The notes: a model not told the origin generated them from the sequence alone. A stretch of DNA of 63,887 bases, filler included, from Kipferlia bialata (GCA_003568945.1; 5 parts of 5 records of this genome joined end to end with filler, not necessarily neighbours in it), one strand, 5' to 3'; numbered from the whole stretch's first letter, positions 27,734 through 40,400 are shown. Numbers and translations: made by a program.

Positions 27734-29634
27734 ACCTGTTCTTCGACCGGTACTTGAGGTAGTGGCACTGCGGACACTCCCACACGTGGCCCTTGAGGGA
27801 ATCCACTTCACTGACAATAAGGGGCTAGGGAGAGAGAGATGAAATAACATGGCCTCTGAAGGAATCCACCCCACTGAGCATAAGGGGCTAGAAGGAGAGA
27901 GAGAGAGAGAGAACATGGCCCTTGAGGGCATCCACCTCACTGACAATAAGGGGCTAGAAGGAGAGAGAGAGAGAGTACATGGCCCTTGAGGGCATCCACC
28001 TCACTGACAATAGGGGGCTAGAAGGAGAGAGAGAGATTACATAACATGACGGTATACATCTCATTGACAAGGACGGGCCAACACACAGAGAGAGATAGAT
28101 AACTGATACAGTACCTTGTGAAGTTGTGGTAGTGTGTAATGCTGGTCCCACTCTCCTTGCTGACCCTGGCGGCTTCCTTCTTAAACCTGAAATAAGGGTG
28201 TAGAGGGAATACGGGTGTAGAGATTACATTATACTAATAGTATACTATACTATATATAATAAGGGGTAAAGAGTGTTAAATGTGGAGACAAAGAATTCTC
28301 CATACTTTCAGAGTATGATTGTTGAGTCAACAGTGAGAGAATACAGACATGAACAAATAATGTGTAACCAGAGAGATCAAATCACATAACATACCTTTTT
28401 CCATGACCGTGCTTAAGGTACTATAGTATTGAATTATCTATATAAATATACATATTAATATTAATAATAAAGATATTGTACATATAATTCTACGGAATCA
28501 GTTATATATATTATTACAGAAACAATATATATAGTATACCTCTTTCCATGCCCGTGCTTGAAGTCTCCCTTGATGAACAGTATCGCATGGATCATCTGAC
28601 AATGAGGGTGCATAGAGGGAGAGAGAGGGAGAGAGTGAGAGAAAGATTGAGAGAGCAGATCTGAGTTTCGTAGAGGGGACTTAAAACGAAGCCATCATGA
28701 TACTGTAGACTTAGATACACTCACCGTGAATGAAAACTAAGTCCAGTGAGTAATATATATATAAGATTCCTCCATGTGCATTGAATATATCTCAATACGT
28801 CAAACAAGAGTATACATTATTCATACAATATATATATATATATATTATATAAACACCATGTACCTCATGGAGCATTGTCTCAACTAGGTCTATCACGGGT
28901 CTCTGCCGTAGCAGGTGCTTGGAGAGACCGATTGTGGTAGTGACTAAGTGTAAGAGGTAGAGAGAGAGGGGAGATCGATTGTGGTGGTGACTAGGTGTAA
29001 GACGGAAAGAGACAGGGAAGTGGGAGGAGACCATTAATAGAGGTGACTAGGTATAAGATGGAGAGAGGGTGGGGGGGGAGACATCGATTGTGCTGGTGAC
29101 TAGGTTAGAGGAAGAGAGAGAGAGAGACCGATAATAACGGTGACTAGGGAAGAGGGAGAGAGAGAGAGAGACAGAGACCAATAATAGTGGTGACCAGGTG
29201 TAAGAGGGAGAGAGAGGGGGGTGATGGGAAAGATTGGGGAGAGTACTCCTCTGTGAATGCAAATACAGGAGTTCAGTATATATACCTTCATTTCTGGGTC
29301 TGTAGTAGCACATTCCTGCACTCCTGGTCATTCTGGGTGTAAGAAGTGTGTAACGACAGAGGTCTAGTAGGGCTAAGAAGAGATAGTATGCGCATTATAC
29401 TCAGATGAACACATATACACACACATATATATAGATATATATGAATGAATGTACTCTTAACCTGTTGCTCCACTCCAGCTTGACATCCTTCAGCTTGAGA
29501 GAGAGATTTGGGTGTAAAAAGGGTGTAGAGAGAGAGACATATATATACACACATATATATAAGTATGAATATCTAACCTATTGCTCCACTCCAGCTTGAC
29601 ATCCTTCAGCTTGCCACGGAAGTGCCTGGGGTAA

Positions 29635-29670
<36 letters not shown>

Positions 29671-30338
29671 AAATATTGAATACAGATGAGTGCCTGAGGT
29701 AAGAGTACAGATAGTACATATATACTATTTATCACGACATCCTTCAGCTTGCCACGGAAGTGCCTGGGGTAAGAGTGTATGTATTATATTGTGAATGTAT
29801 ATAGTAAAATGTGGAATACAGGTAAGTGCCTGAGGTAAGATTACATAAGGTACATGCGTAATAGTAATGCCAGTGATATGTATAGAGAGAGAGAGAAATA
29901 GACAGAGTAGCAGAGGGAGAGAGAGAGAGAGAAAGAAATAGACAGAGTAGGAGAGGGAGACAGGAGAGAAGTCTCATATATTTTTCTGTTCTATTTCAAA
30001 CACAGCAGATGCAAAACAAGAGAGAGAAAAAGAAAGGGTGGTGGGGGGAGGGGAGAGAGAGAGAGTGACCGAGAGTGCCGAGCTTTTATGAATTGCAGGA
30101 AGAGAGACATATAGTATATATAGTATTTGTATATATGGTATATATATAGAGAGTATGTTGTACCTCTGGTCGATATGGGCCTTGAGAGAGATCGTAGCAC
30201 CATATACATAGTATATAGTATATTGTACATAGTATATGTAGTACCTCTGGTCAAACTCCATGAACATGTTGTGTATCTCGTCGTAGTCAAACCCTCTCTC
30301 CTCTAGGGTCCTGGGAGTAAGGGTCTAGAGAGAGAGAG
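24737..30338 (-). CDS. SPRTN: SprT-like/Spartan DNA-dependent metalloprotease with long E/R-rich C-terminal tail; 5'-truncated
   Basis: Stitched exons: FDYDEIHNMFMEFDQR|HFRGKLKDVKLEWSNR|MTRSAGMCYYRPRNE|..IGLSKHLLRQRPVIDLVETMLHE|MIHAILFIKGDFKHGHGKR|FKKEAARVSKESGTSITHYHNFTS|EVDSLKGHVWECPQCHYLKYRSKN..CKKC. This contains HExxH, HG and the zinc-binding subdomain of SPRTN. It continues into a large exon (~24967-26146) and a stop at 24737. Confidence 0.88.
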
Positions 30339-30438
30339 NNNNNNNNNNNNNNNNNNNNNNNNNNNNNNNNNNNNNNNNNNNNTTAATTAATTAANNNNNN
30401 NNNNNNNNNNNNNNNNNNNNNNNNNNNNNNNNNNNNNN
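30339..30438. other. Artificial contig linker N44-TTAATTAATTAA-N44
   Basis: Same spacer as at 15123. Confidence 0.98.
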
Positions 30439-30492
<54 letters not shown>

Positions 30493-30544
30493 CGACCAGA
30501 GATCATACTGACACACTACATATAGGGATATATACACACATCCA

Positions 30545-31620
30545 CCATCGCCTTGCACAGAGGCGTGTGTATATACATCACATGCACGCAACCCATGACC
30601 CCTATATACCAGTGTACCATGCATCCCCATACTATGCATACCCATTGCCAGGTTTGGTCTGCACCTATCCGGACAGGATAGCGGGAGGGAGTCTGCGGCG
30701 TCTATGGCAACTGGGGTGGACAGGGAGGGAGAGAGAGAGAGATATATATATATATATATATAATGACAGAGAACCAGAGCACATGCCCTCAGGCATCAGT
30801 ATCAGAGCATGACACCCACGTTGGTATGCGGCCTCGGCCAGTTCGGTGCTCTTGGACGCCTGGGATAAGGGGGCATATACCTATACAATACTATGCACAT
30901 ACTACACTCCATATGTATATACATCATACCATGCACCCACCAGCAGAATGTCGCCCCTGCACAATATATATATATCATGCACATACTACACTCTGCTTAT
31001 ATATGGTACTCACCAGCAGAATGTCGCCCCTGCACAGGTTGTAGTACACCTCGGTGACAGGGGGGAGGGACCCGCCGCTGGGGAATCAGTATAAGTCACA
31101 GCATCAGTGGGTACTTACACCAGGAGGAAGTATGAGAGGGTATAGGGAGTACTACATAACTGATGTAACACAAGGGGGAGCTGCCCTGTCATCTGTGGCT
31201 GGTCAATCTCTATACAGCCATGCATCATCTCTCCTATATATATATTTATATATATGCTGATCAGTCTATACCCCCCAGTTATCTATATATATATATGAAT
31301 ACATATATACATATATGACACAGCATACACACCAGTGTTCCTTCCACAGGTCAATGGCAGCCTTGAGTGCCTGCAGAGACGTGATGTACCGCTGGTTGGC
31401 TATGTGCATGTGGGTGGCTATCAGCTGGCCTAGGGGTCAGGGAATGGAGTAGTGATTGGACATGCACACATACCCCCCACCCCCACCTGCGATGTCCCTG
31501 GTGGGTGCCTCGGGGGCCACCAGGGCTGGCTGCATGCATACGGGGTGGAGGGACGATATGGGGTCGTATGCGTTGAACATGTAGGACATCTGGTGGTCGG
31601 TCATCTCGGAGGGACAGCCC
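30545..31620 (-). CDS. Hypothetical alpha-helical (TPR-like) protein, 3'-truncated at contig end
   Basis: Exons: MTDHQMSYMFNAYDPISSLHPVCMQPALVAPEAPTRDIA|GQLIATHMHIANQRYITSLQALKAAIDLWKEH|..PVTEVYYNLCRGDILL|ASKSTELAEAAYQ|LAIDAADSLPLSCPDRCRPNLAM. TPR-like pattern judged by eye only. Confidence 0.5.
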
Positions 31621-32206
31621 TACACCCGCTAGGACAAGTGGAACGACACTACTAGTCACTAAGGGCCTTCTCCTAGTAGCCCCAGTAGATGGCACCCGTG
31701 TTACTGTGTCGCTGGTGGGCTCTCAGTAAGTATGCCTCTGGCAAGGAAAAGACCCTTCAATTGAAAGTAACTAAGGGTCCAGAGCGGAGCAATAGATTCC
31801 TTTCTTCAATTGAAAGAGTCCAAATTCCAAAAATATTTCCCTTTTCTTCACTTTTACACCCAAATTTAGTAAATTTGATTCGGTGGTATATTAGTTTTAC
31901 TCGATAGAATACCTCGATAGAATAACTCGATATTGATGTGAATATCGATGGTACTATCAGATCTCTGTATTGAAGGCCTGCTTTCGTCCATCTATCTGTG
32001 TATCTATTCCAAATAGACTCCCTGTCGAGGTGTGCTTGGTTACCCTGACGAGTGGAGGCCCAGGACACATATACCCATAAGTGTATACAATATAGACCTG
32101 GGTATATATACCCATGGCTGCGGTCACTGTGTTCGTCCCCACTTCCATGCCCTGTGGATGCACATCATGATGTGGGTACACTCATGCCATGCATCTATGT
32201 GCACAC

Positions 32207-32813
32207 TCATGTCTCCTGCTTGGGGTTGAATGTGAGGGTACGGGAGATGGGCTGCACCCACACTGTGTCGGTACGGACTGTGTCTGGTGCATGAGGTATG
32301 GGTACGGGTATGGGTATGGGTGTCGATAGGCCAGATTGACCATATATGGATATATATATGGATACAAACCACTGCATTCGTACCCTGTGCCTCATTGGGA
32401 CCATTAGCATTAGCAACGGTAGGGGGGGAGAGAGACAGGGTATGGCGCAGATACCCTGGGTCAGAGAGTATCAGTATCAGTATCAGTATGAGTATCTATC
32501 TATATACTGATACTGATACCGGGGTCAGGGACTGAGGGTACAGGGTGTGGGGGGTAGGGTGTATGACGTGGTACAGTGTGTGTGTCCACCTGTTGTGTCG
32601 CTGTCCCACCCGGGCAGGCTGTCTGACTCCACACCCAGTCCACACATGGGGGGGCACCACACACAGGGGAGACAGGGGGTAGAGGCATCTGTGGATACAC
32701 ATGGTATGGAGGAGGTCCGGCCCTGGTGCGTGTGGCCTAGAGGTTAGGGCCAAGGGGGTGAAGGCCAAGAGACCCTGCATTGCGTCCGCCACCGTACTAC
32801 ACCCCTCGCATAC

Positions 32814-32862
<49 letters not shown>

Positions 32863-33070
32863 GTGGCCACCAGTCTGACCCTGTGTCTGGTCAGGCTGGT
32901 CAGAGCACGACAACGGTCTGGGGTCAGCCTGCTGATATGTGTATACATATGTATCACATGGGATATACACAGGCATATCACCCCCTGCTGCCCCTGTCCA
33001 GTACAGTGCAGAGTACGGCACAGCCACAGAGGGGTCAGTGTCGCCTGGGTAAGTATACATATACACACAC

Positions 33071-33101
<31 letters not shown>

Positions 33102-34375
33102 CCATATCAGGGCTCAGTGGGGTCAGGGCGAGGAATGGATGGGTGTGATAAGTATAATCACTCATATACACATCATGTTCTTGTACACACTGCCCCCACC
33201 TGGTCTGTCGAGCGAGAAGGGAGTGTGTTGGAACAGTACTAGAGGGGTGTCAGCGGGAGTGGTGGCTAGTACCCCGTCCAGCCACTGCTGTTGGCTCTGA
33301 CCCATCTCCGGGTGGCCATACACCTAAGGGTAAACGATGACACTGTCACTAGGATGCATGAACCACTAGACCAACACACATGTATATTCATACACCCACC
33401 ATACTGTTGAGCCCTATCAGCCTCCATGCCACCTGTCCACACACAGTGTCAGACTCGGTGTCAGAGGCATGTCCCCTGGGTGGTATGTCATACACCCACC
33501 CTCCGAGGGGGCTGGGGGCTGGGTCAGAGGAGAGAGGAGGTAGGATGGAGGAGATGCATCAGTATCATACAGACACAGACATGGACACCTAACACGTCTT
33601 GGCTACACAACCTAGGGTGTAAAGAATTATGGGCGTATATACTTACATACGTCTTCATTCCATGGTCCATACTTGCTGTGCACCATCCCCCACCTGGTGT
33701 GTCTGTGTGTGCAGCGTCAGTGTCTGCACCACTGTCTGTGGCCCCAGCCTGCCCCTTCTCACGCCCCTCATTCTTGTGAGTCACCACCCCAGACCCATAG
33801 ACACCACGCCACCTGGCAGGGTGAGTGTGGATGGACACGCATATACATACGCATCTCCCCCCTACCTCTCCACCCCCTCAGCTGACACGGGATACGGACA
33901 ACCCACAAAGTTACCCACATCGTGGTTGCCTGAACGGTGAGGAAGGGGAGGGTTGTATCACTGACACAGTATCAGTCTAGAGAGACAGATATAGACAATG
34001 GGTAAAGAGAATCATTCATCCATATTTATATATACACATATATATATACCTGCCACGACTGCGTATGCACAGTGGGAGTGGGTGGCAACTCTCTCCAGCC
34101 ACTCCCTGGCATCAGAGGAAGAGAGAGAGAGAGAGCGGGGGGGGAGGGAGAGACAGAGAGATGTGGGGAGAGAGCGGGGAGAGGAAGGGAGAGGGAGAGG
34201 GAGGGAGGAGACAGAGAGAGAGAGGGGGGGGGGGGGGATTGTCCTTGACCAAGGAGTCTGACACATATACACATGCATATCCATATCCACACCCATATAG
34301 ATACTTGCCTGACATGCACCAGTGCGTCCACCCCCTGCTGCCCCTGGGAGGAGTACCCACACTCAGACAGGTCGC
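32207..34375 (-). CDS. Calcineurin-like metallophosphoesterase (N-terminal DxH motif not present in the window)
   Basis: Motifs appear in order after splicing: GDLSECG (exon from 34375), AYAVVA|GNHDV (15-nt exon 33915-33929), QQQWLDGVLATTPADTPLVLFQHTP (~33200-33322) and VRLVAT|GHTHQ (from 32736). Probable stop at 32207. Confidence 0.85.
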
Positions 34376-34593
34376 CTGGGGTCGGGATGTATGCCATAAA
34401 TACCCATATATCCTCACAATATACAGTGATAGAGTGTTCAGTGTTAGTATTATGATACGTAAGCTTAGTACGAAGCAACAACGGTGTCAGTGGATGGGGG
34501 GGGGGGGGGGGGGGGGGGGTTGAGGGGGGGTGTTTGTGTGGGGGGGGTGGGGGGGGGGGGGGGGGGTATGGAGGGTGTGGGTGTGTGTCCTAC

Positions 34594-35404
34594 CTAAGGG
34601 TGGCCTGGGTCAGCAGCTCAAGGGCGTCTGGCAGGTTGCGGATCTTGAGGGCGGCAAGGCGGGCGTCCTGACATGAGACACAGTCAATACACAGAGAGCA
34701 GAGAGTGCAGGGGTAGATACCTGGATCTGGTAGTAGAGCAGGGCGTCGATGACGATGTTGACGGTGTCCTTGGTGATGACCAGCTGCTGCCCGAAGTCAA
34801 GCACGTGCTCCCTGGCATCAGAAAGAGAGGTAGGTGTAAGGGGAGGGGGGAAGGGCATCTGGCCTACACACCTGAGGTCGATCACAGATGTGGTCTTGCG
34901 CACAACGTATGTCTCGTGGCTGTTTCCAGCACGCCTCACATCGACGTATCTCCAGTGGACCTGAGGATGAGGGGGTGGGTGATGGTATATATATACTTCA
35001 ATTGTGTCCGTGACTAGACACACTCACCTTTCTGGGGTGGTCCACAAAGGGGATTAGGAAGTGCATTCCTGGCTTGCACTGCTTGTGGAACTGTCCAAAC
35101 CTGGGGGGGTAGAGGCAAGAACAGAGGGAATGAGAGAACAGAGGGAATGAGAGAACAAGCAATGCCATCCGTACCTCTCAACCAGCATTGTGGAACCGTG
35201 CCTCACAATGACCCAGCTCTTGGACACAAATATGTAGGCTGGGTGTCAGGTATCGGAAACATCTAAACAACCGAATAGAGGTAGAGGTAGAACCCATATA
35301 ACTCAGTACCACCAGGTCTCGGTGTCAAGAATATACGGTTACTTCTACATACCGAAGAGCATAAGGCCCAGCGCTGCAAAGCATAATCCTCCGACAAGTC
35401 CCAT
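34594..35404 (-). CDS. SPFH/band-7 protein, paraslipin (QmcA/stomatin-like-2) type; N-terminal part only
   Basis: MGLVGGLCFAALGLMLF (TM)|AYIFVSKSWVIVRHGSTMLVER|FGQFHKQCKPGMHFLIPFVDHPRK|VHWRY...SVIDLR|EHVLDFGQQLVITKDTVNIVIDALLYYQIQ|DARLAALKIRNLPDALELLTQATLR. Breaks off at a poly-G tract. Confidence 0.9.
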
Positions 35405-35641
35405 TGCCTGCTGTTTAGATGTCGAAGCGGCGCTGGAAGACGAGTAACAACAATCAAGAAGAAGAGCAAAAATGCTAAACGCCAGCGAACCGCGGTTACA
35501 CACACAACACTCTCACATAGAATCACAATTCATCATTTCTCCAAGTATCCACCTATATATCCGCTAAAGAAATGTATGAAGCTTCTGTACCTTGTCTTCT
35601 TCTGAAGAGAAGTGAGGTTCTGACACTTCGGTCTCGCTGGG

Positions 35642-35680
35642 AAAACCGTTCGTACTGGGAATCGAACCAAGGACCTTCGA
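35642..35680 (-). ncRNA. tRNA-like 3' half (T-arm/B-box) followed by TTTT; no matching 5' half found
   Basis: Minus strand reads AAGGTCCTTGGTTCGATTCCCAGTACGAACGGTTTT. Confidence 0.3.
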
Positions 35681-35881
35681 CAAGATGCGGTTCGTTCACC
35701 TTATTTTCGAGTACTTATGCCTCTTGCGTGTTGAATACACCAGGTCTACTTGGTGTCCGTTACTGACTTATGTCTATAATTACTGGATGGTAGGTGTTGC
35801 GCCACCGAGTCCGGTGATACAATATCTCACAAATCATTCTGAATGTCCAGAAGTACTAAATGTCTTGGCTACTCCATACAT

Positions 35882-37165
35882 TTATATCACCCCTGGTGCT
35901 GTTGTGTATATGATGCACACATTGGATGTGCCTGTGACCAGTAGGGCATGACCTGGGTCCATCACACACATGGCACAGGGGGGCAGCCCAGGCATCATCT
36001 GCGCAGGGGGAGAGCTCCTCGAGAAGTTGGGCACCTCTGTCACCGTGCCCCACTCCTCCCACCCTGCCTTGACCAAGTGGTACCCATGGGCCTGGTACTG
36101 CACCCCCATCTGGGTCATGTCGGGGCGTCTGGTCAGCACCACCATGTGCTCCCCGTGCACCAGTGCCCCGACACACCGCTCTGTGAAGGGCACGTCGAGC
36201 TCGTCTACCCAGTGTCTGTGGTCGGGGGGGTATGTCATGCAGTGCGTGATGTGCCTGCCCCTGCCTCTGTCTGCTGTCGACAGGATGTGGGGGGAGGGGC
36301 CTATGCACACACAGGTGGGGGACCTCATGACGTGGGGCAGGTCCTCCTGTCTCTGCCACACCTCGGTGGATGGGTTGTATGCCCAGACGCAGGAGAGGTC
36401 ACCCCTCAGCCCATGACCGCCTGGGGGGTGAGGAGATGGGAGGGATATGTCGTAAAGTGTCTCTGTGTCTGTTTTGATCTCATCTATATAGACTTCATAC
36501 ATACAGACCCTACACGATTCATACCGTTGTGAGTCACATGATAATACTCAGTGTCACTCAGCATGCATACCTGCAATCACTAGCCTCCCCATATCCTCGT
36601 AGGCAGCGTGTATACACCTGGCCTCAGGCCACTCCACATCCACATCTCCCCCTGCCCCCTTAGGCACCTGTCTCCACTGTCTGGTGGCTATGTCGTACAC
36701 ATGCATCTCAGACATGGCAGGGTGGGGCCGGCCTCTGCAGGAGAACATGTCCGCTGCCGTAGCAACACCCCCGAACATGAATACCTCCCCCCCGATGTGT
36801 GTGAGGCTAGTGCATGACCTGGTATGGATAAAGGAAGTGAATTCTCGAAAATTGGCTGTTGTCCTATAATTAACGGACCTGCCGACATTGAGGTCACACG
36901 GCACAGCCTCCCACGTCACTCTGCCTGAGGGGGTGTCAGTGTCAGTGTCAGTGCCTGCATCCCCAGTGTGCAGGGTGAGTATGGAGGTGTGGCTGCCCTC
37001 CCCCTGCTCCTCAGACACACACAGCACCTGGCTGGGGGAGAGGGGTGCCAGCATGCCCTGTGGGAGGGGGCCGCAGGAGGGGTCTATGGTCAGGTTCTGT
37101 ACGGTAGGGGCCAGCTTGGAGGTGGGTACGTGGCTGGGGAACCCAAACATACTGGCCAGATCCAT
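35882..37165 (-). CDS. Kelch-repeat protein (two main exons, intron ~36422-36570)
   Basis: HIGGEVFMFGG, MHVYDIATRQWRQV, WPEARCIHAAYEDMGRLVIAG|GHGLRGDLSCVWAYNPSTEVWQRQEDLP: GG...Y...W kelch signature. 3' end approximate. Confidence 0.85.
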
Positions 37166-37466
37166 GGTTGGGGGATAGTAGCGGGGTGTGGGTGTGGTGT
37201 GTAGAGAAGAGAGAATCAGTGCTAGTGTGGTCTCTGGCTGTGGAGTGTCTACAGCAACACATGTATCTGGTGACCAGTTACAGTGAAGCTCCGGTTACTG
37301 TAGACCTAGACTCTGTGACATAACATGATGTGTAAATGGACCTCCGCACTACTTGTCCACAATCAGAAGGGTGACACACACGATACGCTCTATTCCAACG
37401 GGATGGGATCTGTCATCAACAACTCAATATGTATAACTATACCTATGTCACTCCACATACATCACA

Positions 37467-40400
37467 CTACAGAGGCATCGCCCCATCCCCACCCTCTCTC
37501 CCTGGTACCCTGGTAAGTGGGTTGACATATGTGGCTGAGACTGGGTATACCCGGGCATCAGACTGGGGAGGTGCCTTGCCCTTGGCCTTAGTCATCTTAG
37601 TCTTAGTGCTCTTAGTTCCCTTAGTGAACACGTCCTTGCCCCACCTGTCCTTGACCATGCCCCACACAGTCCTGGCGTCAGAGAGAGACAAGGGTAGAGT
37701 AATAGCATACCCGTAGCATATCACATCTGAGTACTAGTACAACTATTACACAGATACCTTAGTACCCCGGCAACCACGGCGAATGTGCCCTGCAGACCTG
37801 TCATGGAACCCAGCAGGGCTGCGAGGAATGCCGCGATGTCCTGGACCTAGGGGTCGGAGAGGGTGTATGGATGGGATGTGACACACTGAGGGTATAGCAC
37901 TCATACTAACACTGACACTGCAGCTATGTCCTGGGCCTAGGGGGTGAGGGGTGAGGAGGAGACACTGCCAAGGGTGTATCACTCATACTCTTACTCACAC
38001 TGACCACTGATGGCTACACTCACACTGCCTCTGGTACCTGGGACAACCACATAATATATATATACCTGGGACAGCCTCCAGGACAGGATGTTCTCACTCC
38101 TCTCTAGCACCAGGGTCAGGCTGGGGGTAGACACACGGGGAAAGGGGAGAGGTGCTGGAGATGTATCTCGTACTATGGACTATACAAATGGATATAGGAA
38201 TACAACAACTCACTAATGGATGTTGTTCACGCCACTGCATCTAGAGACCACCTCACTTCACTACATATATACACTCTGCTGCACCGTACCTGACCCCGTT
38301 CTGGTCCCAGAAGTTCTGGTTGTTGACCATGCTGCCCCTCTCATACCCTATGAACTGGGGGTCAAGGGGGATGTGTGGAGACACAGTTACCTAGGCAGAC
38401 ACCCACCACCCACCTCGAATATGCGACCAGTGCTGGGGTTCCTGTTGTCGTTCCACTCCTCGGTGTCTGTGTCCATGGCTGGGACCTCTGGCTCATACGC
38501 TGTGAGGTACATGGACTCAGTGCTGAACACACCAATCTGGGGGTGGACGGGGGTGGATATACACATGCAAGTACCATATATATAGATATCACTTATATAG
38601 AAATAAGCATGAACACACCAATCTGGGGGTGGATAGACGCACACAAACAGCATCACACATATATATAGACATATACACACTCACCTCTGTGGGCACTGCC
38701 GTGCCCCTGAATGTCATAGACGCGTCAGGCAGCAGCAGCCCCTCTATGCTGGACGTCTGCCCTGGGTTGGAGGCCCCCGACTCTACCCTCCAGCCTATGG
38801 TGCTGGCAAAGTACTCGCCGCTGCCTGTGAATGTGAATGTGTACTCTGTCTGCCGTGTCAACAGTTGGGCGTGGGGCACCTCTAGGTGGAGGGAGCAGGA
38901 GGTGGTGTCCCCACTGGGCTGAGAGCATGTCTGGACGATAGAGCCAGTGTCCACACCTGGGGTGAGAGAGAGGGGGGGGGATGTAGCACTGCATAGGACA
39001 CCCCCTTGTCCCCTACACCCCATACCTGGCGGCGGTGTGACTGTCACGGCCTCTGCACAGGCACCCTCTGGAGTGGCACAGGTCTCAAAGGACCCTACCA
39101 GATCAAGGTCTACAGAAAGGGTCCCAGTCAGCTACGCGATCAGACAGGCACTGAGAACACAAGTATGTACATGATAGTGGTACCAACTATCTATACTATA
39201 CTACACCCACCTCTGTAGTAGCCAGACACAGGGGAACGAGGCTCCTGTCCTCCGTGATGTTGGTGAACAGGTAGGGGATCACTAGGCCTCCGCCTATGAC
39301 AACAAAGGTGCAGATGAACAGCCCACTCAGCATCCCACCAATCCAGGTCTTCTTGGACCTGGAGGGTGAGGGGGGTATATATGCATATGGGGACGGGAAT
39401 CGGTACGGCATATGATGAATGCATGATAGGCGGTGGATGTACATACCCTAGGGCGGCAGGCATCGTAAACACATAGGGCACTGAGAAGAGGTCGAGAGCC
39501 TTCATGAGAGTCCTCTTGCCTGCAAGGGTTAGACTAGACTGGAGAGCTCAAGGATTATCAACACACACACACAGTTTGCATGATGATGCACGTACGCATA
39601 CATGTATGCACGTACCCAGTATGACGGCCAGCAGGACTGATGCCATGAGGGCACCTAGACCTATGTAGAGGTACCTCTGCAGCCGGGCAGCGTCAGTGAA
39701 GGTGTCCTGGCAGATCAGAACCAGGCATCGGAAACAACACCATTATTACACCGTGCCACAGAGCTCACTCCTATCTAGGTACATGGCTGCTAACCCCACC
39801 TTGTTTGCGTCCAGTTGGTAGTACTCCTTGGGTGTGACAGTGGTGACAAGGTCGGTGTCAACAGAGGCGGGGGAGGGGGTGACACACGCAACAGGACAGT
39901 GGTCGCCTGGGGTCAGAGGGGAGGGTGGTGGGAGAAGAAACAAGGAGAACTAGAATGGACAGAGAGACATATGCCCAATCCATGCACCTGGGGGGCAGGG
40001 TGTGCACTGTGCCTGGCCTCTGTCTGGGTTGTATGTGCCACTGGGACAGGCCAGGCAGAACAGCCTAGGGGTGGGACACAGGGAGGTGTATACACTGTCT
40101 ATCCTACAATGTGACTGACACTGATACAGAGAGGTATATATAAGTGGTGTAAACATGTGGCCACCGACCTGCTGTCCCCGTGGGTGACATCGTTGTAGAA
40201 CCCTTCCGGACAGGCAGTACAGGCTGCCATGCCTGGGAGGAGAAAGGACATCCGGCCCTCAATAGGGGAACAGGTATGAGTAAGAGTACATGAATCAGTA
40301 TAAAATTGAGGTGTAATTGGTGCTGAGATATACATGGAGGGAGGCAGCAAGACGTACCATCATGTGCCGCAAAGTGCCCCTTGGGACATGCCTGACAGGA

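Noticed and set aside
30439..30490. Long poly-G tracts (also 34496-34566, ~45499-45520, ~63843-63864) as G-quadruplex elements
   Set aside because: They occur at contig ends or suspect joins and match intronic C-runs on the coding strand or sequencing artefacts; lengths are unreliable.
31750..31935. Twice-repeated near-palindrome cttcaattgaaag and short tcgatagaata tandem upstream of the TPR-like gene
   Set aside because: Too short and AT-rich to support a promoter or element call without comparative data.
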